NCBI GenBank assembly: GCA_040954595.2
Contig: CM082593.2
Location: 2,391,830-2,455,829, forward strand
Origin: Balanoglossus misakiensis
Lineage: Eukaryota > Animalia > Hemichordata
Reading direction: 5' to 3'
Length of the DNA: 64,000 nt
Part shown: positions 52,568 to 64,000 of the stretch, one piece after another
How positions within the stretch are numbered: the first letter of the stretch is position 1
Layout of the letters: every line of letters starts with the position of its first letter
The notes under the pieces: generated by a model
The model's input: the letters and a program-made list of their open reading frames with translations, nothing else
Databases searched by the model: none
What the model was told of the DNA's origin: nothing
Program-made: the position numbers and the translations under genes

Positions 52568-55500
52568 ATGAAGTTGACGGTTCTCGCCCTCCTCGGGCTG
52601 TTTGCCCTTTCAAAGGTATGTAGAAACTGTTTTTGCGCAAATATCTGTGTCGTGGATGATGATAGTGTTTGACCACGAGAACTCTGAAACCAACAGCGCT
52701 CACTAGTCAAACGGGGAACTTTTTGGACCGAATTTCGACACGCATACGTATTCCAAAACGAAAGCCATGCAAACAGAAATTTGCAAACTGCGTGTGTACA
52801 GTTAAGATGTACATTGTATTTATGTTACTGTATTCTGATATTTGCTGCTAGCAGAAATCTCCCTAAGGAATATTCCTGTACTGGAACAGGCGGTATCTTG
52901 TCACATGACATTTACATCTGCGCGCATTTTGTTTTCTAAATTTGACAGGCTGTTTTGCAAGATGAAGGAGTCTGCGAAAAGGAATACATCCCTGAACTTG
53001 ATGATTATCGTGTGGGTAAGTAGGCAATAAGGTGTTTTTATCTGGCGAGTGTTTCTCTCCTTTTATTTCATCAACAAATTTGTGTCATCATCCACGTTTT
53101 TAACCAAATTTATTAATTATTGATTTATATGATGTTTTCTCCAGTTTGTAGATACGATTTCGAGATTGAACACGACTACACCATGACGTACGGCGGCAAC
53201 ACCGTCGTAAGCGATTGTGAAGATCCAGACGGCAACACCGTTACGTGTGTGGCCTGTTACATTGATGACCCAGACTGCGCAGGCACTGACCGAGCCATTT
53301 CATTTGGTAAGTGAAAAATCAAGATGTTTTTCACAACAATGCGCATGCCTCTAATCTCCTGAGTGCAAGAAAATGGCGGTCTTCAGATCAGAATGTGACT
53401 GTAAGGACGCGCTATTCCTGTTTTCAAGTTTACACTGCAAGCTTAGATTATAATTAGCCCCAGAATTCGGTCCAACGCTGACCATCTCAAACAGAGTGTG
53501 TTAACTTTTATCAACAAAACATCCAACATCACTAAATATGATATATAAATTGTCATTTTCTCGCAGAGGACGTCAAACTGTCAGGTGATGGTGTTCAGCG
53601 TCGTGTCATCACTGTGAATGGAAGAATACCAGGACCAGCTATCAGAGTAAGTTGTCTATCAAAACATGACGTCATCCGCATTCGGACAATAAATGTAGGC
53701 TACAAATGGAAATTTCGAAATCAAATAATATCCACGGATTATTCTGACACCCTTTTGACTTACTCTGACGGTAACACACAAACATTGAACAGTTTTGCAA
53801 TAAACGACCGATTTAATGTTTTCTCCAACAGGTTAAGTATGGAAGCATCGTACGCGTCACGATGCACAATGCTATGATGCAGGATGCCACTACAATTCAT
53901 TGGCACGGTATATACCAGATGAGAACTCCTTGGATGGACGGAGTGCCGTACATCTCACAGTGCCCAGTTCCACCAGGTGGCACATTTGTCTATTCATTCG
54001 CTGCCATGCCTCCAGGTGAGTTCTTTTGTCTTTGGTTTGACGAGTTTCGTCATTCATTGGAATATTTTAGTTGACTTGCTAGTGCGCATGACACCATGGA
54101 AAAACAACAACATCGCACAAATAGGCTTCCCACGCGGAAATATCACATTTGCACATTTTTTGTTTTATTACATTCCGAGTCAGAGACATGGTAATCGCTG
54201 TTGATTTCCACAAAATATTTACTTCTGTAATATATTGTTATTTCCCAAAGGTACCTTCTGGTATCACTCTCACACCGGCGTCCAATTCAGCGAAGGTATG
54301 GCTGGACCAATTGTTATCTATGAAGAAGATGAACCAAACCAGCATTACTACGATTTCAACCTTCTTGATCTCGATGACGACCGCCACATTCCCGAATTTG
54401 ACCAGTTCATCATGATGGTTTCAGACTGGCAACACGAAGAATCTCATCACATGTTCGAGAAACTCTTCAAGGCCGGTGGCTGGTTTGAAGATGGCGTCAG
54501 ATTCCATGGTGAACGTACTTTCGATGGTCTCGAAATCAGTCCAATTCCCTACAAGTCCGGTATTTTCAACGGCCGTGGCCGTTACGACCTCACCGATCCT
54601 CAGAAGCGTACCCCCTACTTTGGTTTTGCAGTAAAGCCCGGCCACAGATATCGTTTCCGCGTCGTCGGCGCTCAGATGGTCTTCTCGTACCGTATCTCTG
54701 TTGACGACCATAAGTTGAAGGTGATCACATCAGATGGTTTCGATGTTAATCCCGTTGATGTTGATTGGATCGTCGTATCAGCAGGTGAGAGATACGACTT
54801 CGTTCTCTCTACCAAGTCCGACCCTGAACATACAGAATACGTGGTCCGTGCCGACACCATGCGTTTTGATGAAGTCAATCGCCGTCCATTCAACGATACC
54901 AACGCTGCTGTTCTCCGCTATGGCGACACTAGTGGTACCTTCCTCACCGACAATCTGCCAGCAGATGTCTGGCGTCACTGTAACAAGGACACCGCACCGT
55001 GCGTCACACTCAACTGTCCATTTGAGGGCTATCCAATTTGGTCCAATACCAAGTGCATCCACATAGCTGATCTCTCTCGTTCTGCAAGAGAACTGGCCTT
55101 GGATCCAACTCCAGCCCACGTCACCAAAGAGGCACAGTACTTCATGAATTTCGTCTTCGGAGGTAAAGGCGGCATGGCTCTCGGAACGGCTCTCCCAGGC
55201 CAGAAACCGGCCCCGGTCTGCAACGGCAAGGCCTTCGTCTCACCAACACAGCTGTCCATCCACGACTTTGACCCAAGCGCCGCTTTTGAGAAGTGCGACG
55301 AAGAATGCGACGCCCCCGATCACCACACCGTTTGCAAGTGCACCAACTTCATCACCATGGAAGAAGAACACTATCAGTTCGTCTTCACCAGTGTCGGCTC
55401 TGGCGGTTCCCACAATGGTTCTCTTCACCCAATTCACATCCATGGACACAGTCTGCTGGTGACGAAGATGGGATTCCCAGAACAGGACGAAAACGGACAC

Positions 55501-58500
55501 TACGTTCAAGCCAACCAGGACCTGTGTTGCCCATGCCCAGACGATGAAACACAGTGCTGTTCTCTTGACAGGTAATGTAATATAAAGTAATATATATTTT
55601 CTACAATACTGGTAGAATGTCCTTATATAGTAATCTTCTGTCAAATATTTTACTTGATTACACTTCACCATCTTAAAATACTGGTTAACATGTGATTGAA
55701 AAGAAATAAACGCCTTCCAACTTTTTTCCACTTCTTCGACTGACGGCTTCATTTCCATTCACAGTATGTTGATTCCATGCAATAAACCACGCTGGAGGAA
55801 CGACACCTGGAACGAGGATCCCGACTCCATTCCCCAGAACCTCTTCAATCCACCAAGAAAAGACACTGTTCTTCTGCCCTCTGGTGGCTACGTCGTTGCA
55901 CGCTTGACGACTGACAACCCAGGTAATCATGACTCACTTATACTCTTGAAAGGGTTTCCTTTATAAAACTGATTTGAAAACTACTGTATTCGTTCGAATG
56001 AGCATCGTGGTGTGTGCAAGTCTATCGGCCAAAACTCCTGAAAGGCATCGTGGATTACTGTGATCTTGTTTTGATGTGGTCTTTAAGCATTGAAAATGAG
56101 TGCACAAAGCTGGCGATACAACTTTGCTTATTATATCTTCTTCAATTACAGGATGGTGGTTCTTGCATTGTCACATTGAGCATCATTTACTCGGCGGTAT
56201 GGCCATCTTACTCAACGTCAAACCAAACGAACAGCCAAGCGCTCCGGGTGGGTTCCCTGGATGTGGAGACTTCGATTGGAATGAAAGTGATTTCTTCGAG
56301 AAGTACCGAGAACAAGGTGAGTGGGGAATTAATGTTCTGACAAAAAAATGATTATTACGACTTAATTAAAATAAATGTTGTCTTCGCAAAGGGCGCAGTT
56401 CAGATATCAATAACGGACACTGTGTGAATATCACAAAGTGGGCACTCTAAGAGAGGCGTTGGCGTTTTCTTATGCTACTGATATTGATGACATTGTTATT
56501 TAATTATATTACTTCTCTCCATTCCCAGAACCAACCCTTACAAATGTTGCTCCAACCGGAGTTGCCTTCGTCAGTTCCGGTTCGAACGCACCCTATGGTA
56601 GCGATGGCAACCCCCAGACTTGCGCCTTGATAGATGCTGACGACAAATCATGGTGGAAGGTTGACCTTGGAAAACCGTACAATGTACATAGAGTCATTCT
56701 GAAAAGACCACGTAAGTCAATTTAAATTGTCTTTAAAAAGTGGCGGTTGCATATTACAATACTGTCTAAAATATATGTATTAGGGGAAAGGACTAGTTTG
56801 TGATGAGAGAATTGTTTTCTAAAGATGTTCACTTTTTTCTTCGTAGCAAACAAATGGAGGAATGATTTACGTTGCGGAGCAGACTACCCACTCGATGATG
56901 GAAGTCCAGCCCAGTGTGACCCCAGTTCTATCTATCCATGTTGTTCACCAGGCGGTTGGTGTGGCAATACTGCTGACCATTGTACATGTGGCACCTGTAC
57001 TGACTACGGTAAGTAGTAACCATTGTTTGAGAAACATTTATCGATATTTGATCGTATAAATTGATTCGTGAAGACCTGTTGAGTTGAACTGATTTCCATT
57101 ACCCGGATTTGGGGGCACACAAATGTTTCAACGACTAGACATAATGTGTTTTGGGGTGTGGCTTGTATACTGACTATATTACTGTAACAGAGAGTTGATG
57201 TCACTGAAAATTACAACGTGTGATGACTAACGTTAGTGTCTCTTTTTTTAAATTTCACAGCAAACGCCATGAAATGGAGGTCAGACCTGCGTTGTGGACC
57301 AGACTTCCCAGCCTCCGACGGATCACCAGGTGAATGCAACCCGAACGGAGAATTCCCATGCTGCTCGCCATCAGGCTGGTGCGGTAAAACCAGCGATCAT
57401 TGTGACTGTGCCGACTGCCACGATTACAGAGGTAAGCGCAAATGTAGAAGTGTCTGTTTGGTGTCGTCTTGCTTGCAACTATAGCGGGGAGGGGTGGATT
57501 TGGGTGTAGGAAAGCTGTTGGATAAATCAAAGCAACGATTCTGCTCTTTGAAGACAACAACTGTAAATAGTTCTGTGTTGCTGAGAGAATGAACGGCCAC
57601 AGTTTCTCCACAGTGGCACATCAGCCAGAAACTGTCTCTTCATCACTTCAATAAGATATCAATTGCATGACAGTTCATGACTAACTGATTCTTTATTACT
57701 CTCTCCTGTACAGGCGGCGGTCTTGTCGGCGCTGTTGTGAGAGTCGGTTCAGAATCCGACATCGAGATTCACCATCAGTGTGGCGAGGTGTTGACAGCCA
57801 GAAGTCTGCAAATGACAATCACCACCGTCGACTGCATCCAGCCAATCGTTGGTCGCTACGTCAGCCTCCAAACCGACCGTGGCAATCCCGTCACTCTTTG
57901 CGAAGTCTCCGTTATGGCACCTGGTGAGTTTGACGATTTCCTGTGTGTCTGTACGTTTGGCTTGCACGAAGAAATGTTGTCACAAAAGAAGGATCTTAAC
58001 TCTGAATCATAAACACTACTTAATAAAATGGTGGAAGGGCATAATATAACATCTACCAATTCATTAGTTCATCGTTCGCTCATTCTATCACAATTTCACC
58101 TGCAGAATCTGGAACTGAACAACCAACTTTCGATTCTGGATGTGGTACGCCTCACGATTTGACCGGCGATACTGGAACCATCTCGTCGCTGGGCTATGAT
58201 GGCACCGCTCTGTACGAAAACAACGCCCGTTGCGAGTTCAGCATTTCCTCCGAAAACGGCAAAGTAAGTCTCTAGTGCACACGCGCTTGTGTTGCTAGTC
58301 AAACTGCTCCGTTAGCAAAGTATACACGATACAAGTAATTTGTTGTCATTTCGAATTAGGAAGTGGAAGTAATTTTTATAATGCAGTTCCTTGATCTTAC
58401 CCAGCCACTTGACACAGTACTCAGCCGAATCGTGTCTATTAGGCTTGATAGATTCCCAACACTAACAACAGACGTTTGCTTTGATTTTCTTAGAACATTG

Positions 58501-58703
58501 AGTTGCATTTCGAGGCACTGGACTTGGAAGGAGGTTTTGACTATGTCTGGGTGATTGGACCCCAGTTACAGAAGATTGCCAAATTCACCGGTGAAATTCC
58601 ACCAGAACCACTGGAGACAGAATACAGCCAGATCTTCGTGCGTTTCACAAGTGACGATGGCGGTCAGGCCACAGGGTTCAAGATCAACTGGCAGACTGCA
58701 TAA
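52568..58703 (+). CDS. Secreted laccase-like multicopper oxidase with C-terminal F-type lectin, 2x hevein-like and CUB domains, 14 exons
   Basis: Exons 52568-52615, 52949-53015, 53145-53306, 53567-53646, 53832-54015, 54251-55571, 55765-55922, 56152-56316, 56529-56711, 56847-57008, 57261-57431, 57714-57923, 58106-58263, 58494-58703; splice phases are compatible throughout. Copper motifs HWHG, WYHSH, HPIHIHGH, HCHIEHHLLGGM; signal peptide MKLTVLALLGLFALSKA. Confidence 0.92.
56529..57923 (+). other. Split F-type lectin (fucolectin/F5-8C-like) domain, exons 56529-56711 and 57714-57923
   Basis: TNVA..G.A..SS...SDGN...C...SWWKVDLG....V.RV.L, then LVGAVVRVG...CG...C...GRYVSL.....LCEVSV. Confidence 0.8.
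56847..57431 (+). other. Two hevein-like (chitin-binding type 1) Cys-rich domain exons
   Basis: WRxDLRCGxDxPxxDGSPxxCxPxxxxPCCSPxGWCGxTxDHCxCxxCxDY twice; symmetric phase-1 exons of 162 and 171 nt. Confidence 0.8.
58106..58703 (+). other. C-terminal CUB domain (2 exons)
   Basis: CG..LTGDTGTISS.GY....YENNARC.F.I......IELHF..LDLE...DYV......F.G...P.........VRFTSD......GF. Confidence 0.88.
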
Positions 58704-61255
58704 ATGTGAAAAGGTGAGCAAAACCTCAGAATGGTCCAGTGAAACAACATTTCTATATTAAAGGAATTTACGTATAGGCAGACAAAATATAGTTTTATAG
58801 TAGTAATTCATAATTGCCAATAAAACGAAAGTTAATAATACGTGTAATTATGACGTTGTATAGTTCCAGAAATTATGGCACTAAATGTTTACTTTTGTTT
58901 ATTTATTTTCAGAACGAGTTTACAGTAAAGATGACGAATTTCATTTAAACCTTCTCGCTTGACGGTTTTCGCAAAAAGGACACGGCCGACTCGAATGCGA
59001 CGATGGCAATGCGGGCGCCCATCTGATGAGATGTGTCAGACGACAGTGGAATTTATGCATGGTATTTTTTTAAGTGAAAGAATGAAATATAAAGTAAACC
59101 GAAACAAATGAACCACATGAATGTAGTCTAGTCTAGGTGAAGTTAGATTATCATTTTAATGACTGTACACGATTTCATTATCTTGGGCATTTCTATTCGT
59201 GAAACGGTGACACCCGGAGTTACAAAAATATATATTTGGTGGTGCCATTTACGCATATCAAGTCAAAGGTTGAAATTAAATGAAGGAAACGAATACAAAA
59301 CAATTATTTGGTAAACCACAGAATGTATGGTATTCTTACTGCTGCATTATGTATATCAAGCGTCAGCCCTCATTGCGAGATTATTCAATAAAAGAAATTC
59401 GAATGTTACATTTTTTTGTTTCGTGATTTTCTGGCGTTATAGAAAATACTGTTCTTATGTGATATCCTTCTGTCGTGCGTGTCGACGGGTGCGTTCTGAA
59501 AATAACATGGCGCTGGCCCGTTGAGATTAATAGATGGCGCTCGTTCAGATATTGAACGACACCATCGTGCCTCCGGTCAAAGGTCAGAATGGCGACCAAC
59601 ATCTGAACGACTGCGCGATATCAGGCTCACAACACGCCGCGACAACACCTGGTGTAAAACCTGGCCAATCACTGTTTTCCTCTCAGCTAATTAACGATTG
59701 GATCATGCACAGCCACGTATAGGAATTTCCATTGGTTGCGAATGAGCACGATCAACTTGATGCATAGATTCACCAGGTGCTTTCACGCATTCATTTTGTG
59801 TACGTGCCACTCCATTCGCGTCGCCACTTCCAAGGGGAAAGCATGGTGTCGGTCAACTGCAGGGTATTCCTTACCGAAAGCACGTTAAACATGGAGAGGC
59901 TGGGATTTCGGGGGAACTTCTCGGGGAACATTGCAGGAATCTACGTCGAAAGAAACTCTCGTTCCTTCCGGTTTGCCGAAGTCTGGTCCGTCAAGTAACA
60001 AGTAAGCATGCTCCGCCTTCTTATGTTACTTATATTATGTGGCATGGCTGCAGTTTAATTAATACTCCCTAGAACAAGATAGCATATGACACATGTAAAA
60101 CCTATGGTGAACATCATTCGTTGTTCTACATGTATCTTGTTCTGGGGAAATGTTAAATTGTAATCGTGCTCGGGATTTTCATGTGGGATGCATTTCTAGC
60201 GCCTTGACCAGTACATCGCCATCGGCATGAACTGCTCCCTGGTATAGACCCATCGCCCGCTCACACAGCACGTTCGCTCGACCAAACGGACCTCGTTGCC
60301 ATTTAAAATCGAGCTTGCTGCTTTCTTTTGATTAACGGTAAAACTCTCGACAGAAAAGACGCTCGCGATTCACGTTCTTCCAGCTCAGTGTAGACCATAG
60401 ACGTCATAATTGTGTTCAGTGCAGCTCTTGTAGTGAACGATGACGTGATTGGCTATGTGCAGGTCATATACATGTACAACCGATTGGTGGCTCTTTAAAA
60501 CATGGTCTAAGGACTTTCAATGTAACATTGGTCGCACTTAGCTGTTTGGAGTAGAACAAGAATTGCATGTGATACGACCAGTTCTGGCCAGGGCAATCCA
60601 CCCTGAAGAATCCCTCTCTCCAATAACCACCCCCACCAATAATGGAAACATCCCAGATATATTATTCCCCTCATCTACCGGGCTAGTAGAGTACACATTC
60701 ACTGCACTTTCATACATCAGCACTCATCATGGCCGAATTCGACCAAAACCAAGGGGGCAAGACATCATAATCGTGCTATGCTGAAGTCACTTTATTTGAA
60801 TAACGCATAGTTAATATGCATAATACAATCCACAGAAGATAGACTTGTGACAAGAAAAATGTGCAGAGTTGAAGACTTTTACAAGTTTGTCCTGGCTTAC
60901 AGCAGACGGATGCTACGAGCTCGACCCTTTATGATAATTTTGTGACCCTTAAACGTTCAATTATTCTTGCGTGTGACCCATCTCAGGGCTTGTCCCTGTG
61001 CAGAATTACATAGTAGGCGTGATAAAATGCTAACCAAATCTATTCTAAGAGGCTTCGAGTCTATGATTATGACGACACAGCACAAGAACATTTCCTTAAT
61101 TTCCTAAAATGTGCAACATAAACTACTACATTAGCAACTATAAAGACAGGTTCACTAGTTGGCCATCGTTGGGTGGCAATCTATAACTACAAAGGTACAA
61201 AAAAAAAACATTTGATTCTTGAATGCTATGTCGTCCATATCCTCATTCATGCCCC

Positions 61256-61339
<84 letters not shown>
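61256..61339. repeat. (CAT)n microsatellite
   Basis: Directly visible; explains the poly-D and poly-I ORFs. Confidence 0.98.
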
Positions 61340-61904
61340 TGCTGCTGTATGCCAGGCCAAGCGTGAAAGTCAATATTTAAATGATCATATTTAGTGAGAA
61401 GATGTCCGAAACCGTAGAATTTCCAAGTGGTTCATCATACCGTTTTCCTGTCCACACAGTTCTGCAATATACAATATGAGAAAATATAAGTACACAAATG
61501 ATATATATGTAATGTTAGGTAATATTTTTCTCATGATTAAGCTTAAGCATTCACATAAATGAATGATTTTTGAATTGGAACAAATACGAGCCATACAGGG
61601 TCAATTTGACAGGTGAATATTAACACGCTCTTTGTTATAGTTATCGTTTTGCATGCGCCTGCGTGCGCACCCATCTAGAATACATGTAATTAGCATATCC
61701 ACTGGCAACTAAGAAGTGTGTCTATGCAGACTTAGCCACATCAGGAAAATTCATACGAAGAAATAGAAACACAACTCTCGCTACCTTAAATAGGTTTTTG
61801 CAACAATGAGTGGTCGACCTTCTACCCACAATGCAATTATTATACTGTGATTTGACCCCCTAGAACGAACATATTTTTTCAAGTTTCTACTCACTTCCAT
61901 AAAT

Positions 61905-64000
61905 TTATGCAGTCTGCCAGTTGATCTTGAACCCTGTGGCCTGACCGCCATCGTCACTTGTGAAACGCACGAAGATCTGGCTGTATTCTGTCTCCAGTGG
62001 TTCTGGTGGAATTTCACCGGTGAATTTGGCAATCTTCTGTAACTGGGGTCCAATCACCCAGACATAGTCAAAACCTCCTTCCAAGTCCAGTGCCTCGAAA
62101 TGCAACTCAATATTCTGAGAAAATCAAAGCAAACGTCGTTGTTAGTGTTGGGAAGCTATTAAGCCTAATAGACACAATTTGGATGAGTACTGTGTCAAGT
62201 GGCTGGGTAAGATCAAGGAACTGCATTGTAAAAATTACTTCCACTTCCTAATTCGAAATGACAACAAATTACTTGTATCGTGTATACTTTGCTAACGGAG
62301 CAGTTTGACTAGCAATACAAGCGCGTGCGCACTAGAGACTTACTTTGCCGTTTTCGGAGGAAATGCTGAACTCGCAACGGGCGTTGTTTTCGTACAGAGC
62401 GGTGCCATCATAGCCCAGAGACGTGATGGTTCCAGTATCGCCGGTCAAATCGTGAGGCGTACCACAGCCAGAATCGAAAGTTGGTTGTTCAGTTCCAGAT
62501 TCTGCAGGTGAAATTGGGATAGAATGAGTGAACGATGAACTAATGAATTGGTAGATGTTATATTATGCCCTTTTGTGACAGCATTTCTTCGTGCAAGCCA
62601 AACGGTACAGACACACAGGAAATCGTCAAACTCACCAGGTGCCATAACAGAGACTTCGCAAAGGGTGACGGGATTGCCACGGTCGGTTTGGAGGCTGACG
62701 TAGCGACCAACGATTGGCTGGATGCAGTCGACGGTGGTGATTGTCATTTGCAGACTTCTGGCTGTCAACACCTCGCCACACTGATGGTGAATCTCGATGT
62801 CGGATTCTGAACCGACTCTCACAACAGCGCCGACAAGACCGCCGCCTGTACAGGAGAGAGTGAAAGAATCAGTTAGTCATGAACTGTCATGCAATTGATA
62901 TCTTATTGAAGTGATGAAGAGACAGTTTCTGACTGATGTGCCACTGTGGAGAAACTGTGGCCGTTCATTCTCTCAGCAACACAGAACTATTTACAGTTGT
63001 TGTCTTCAAAGAGCAGAATCGTTGCTTTAATTCATCCAACAGCTTTCCTACACCCAAATCCACCCCTCCCCGCTATAGTTACAAGCAAGACGACACCAAA
63101 CAGACACTTCTAAACTTGCGCTTACCTCTGTAATCGTGGCAGTCGGCACAGTCACAATGATCGGTGGTTTTACCGCACCAGGCGTATGGCGAGCAGCATG
63201 GGAATTCTCCGTTCGGGTTGCATTCACCAGGTGATCCGTCGGAGGCTGGGAAGTCTGGTCCACATCGCAGGTCTGACCTCCATTTCATGGCGTTTGCTGT
63301 GAAATTTAAAAAAAGAGACACTAACGTGAGTCATCAAACGTTGTAATTTTCAGTGACATCAACTCTCTGTTACAGTAATATAGTGGTAAACACCCGTGTC
63401 CTTAGTATACAAACCACACCCGAAAACACATTATATCTAGTCGTTGAAACATTTGTGTGCCCCCAAATCCGGGTAATGGAAATCAGTTCAACTCAACAGG
63501 TCATCACGAATCAATTTATACGATCAAATATCGATAAATGTTTCTCAAACAATGGTTACTACTTACCGTAGTCAGTACAGGTGCCACATGTACAATGGTC
63601 AGCAGTATTGCCACACCAACCGCCTGGTGAACAACATGGATAGATAGAACTGGGGTCACACTGGGCTGGACTTCCATCATCGAGTGGGTAGTCTGCTCCG
63701 CAACGTAAATCATTCCTCCATTTGTTTGCTACGAAGAAAAAAGTGAACATCTTTAGAAAACAATTCTCTTATCACAAACTAGTCCTTTCCCCTAATACGT
63801 ATATTTTAGACAGTATTGTAATATGCAACCGCCACTTTTTAAAGACAATTTAAATTGACTTACGTGGTCTTTTCAGAATGACTCTATGTACATTGTACGG
63901 TTTTCCAAGGTCAACCTTCCACCACGATTTGTCTTCAGCATCTATCAAGGCGCAAGTCTGGGGGTTGCCATCGCTACCATAGGGTGCGTTCGAACCGGAA
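61905..64000 (-). CDS. 3' part of a second copy of the lectin/hevein/CUB-tailed gene (5' end outside the window)
   Basis: Exons >64000-63864, 63728-63567, 63296-63126, 62845-62636, 62501-62344, 62114-61905; splice sites and reading frames are intact. Confidence 0.9.

Larger units (their letters stand above)
56575..64000. repeat. Inverted segmental duplication: 56575-58705 vs 64000-61903, spacer about 3.2 kb
   Basis: Exons and introns are near-identical in reverse complement and all five complete exon lengths match. Confidence 0.97.

Noticed and set aside
54421-55930. Several antisense and alternate-frame ORFs
   Set aside because: Shadows of the multicopper oxidase coding exons
60563-60784. 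Possible decayed CR1/L2 LINE 3' fragment in the palindrome spacer
   Set aside because: Only a vague resemblance across frames and no reverse-transcriptase motif
61155-61394. Poly-Asp and poly-Ile ORFs
   Set aside because: Translations of the (CAT)n microsatellite
1-64000. CRISPR arrays, tRNA or rRNA genes, prokaryotic operons
   Set aside because: None seen; the sequence is intron-containing animal DNA

Overview
Eukaryotic (animal) genomic DNA with GT-AG introns. The gene content and repeat style suggest an invertebrate deuterostome, possibly an acorn worm (inference only). From left to right: (1) two divergently oriented paralogous genes (3877-4227 minus, 27378-27737 plus) for secreted precursors ending in the same unassigned six-cysteine peptide, separated by about 23 kb of mostly non-coding DNA; (2) a frameshifted UDP-glycosyltransferase, an IL-17 family cytokine, an ELOVL6-like elongase with an intronless CDS, and isovaleryl-CoA dehydrogenase (IVD); (3) a 14-exon secreted laccase-type multicopper oxidase whose tail is an F-type-lectin domain with two hevein-like chitin-binding exons inserted in its sugar-binding loop, followed by a CUB domain; (4) a near-identical inverted (tail-to-tail) second copy of that gene running off the window end. 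Also present are microsatellites, a solo-LTR-like element, a large hairpin element, short TTAA-flanked MITE-like elements and several promoter-type palindromes. Exon boundaries were read by eye and no database searches were run.
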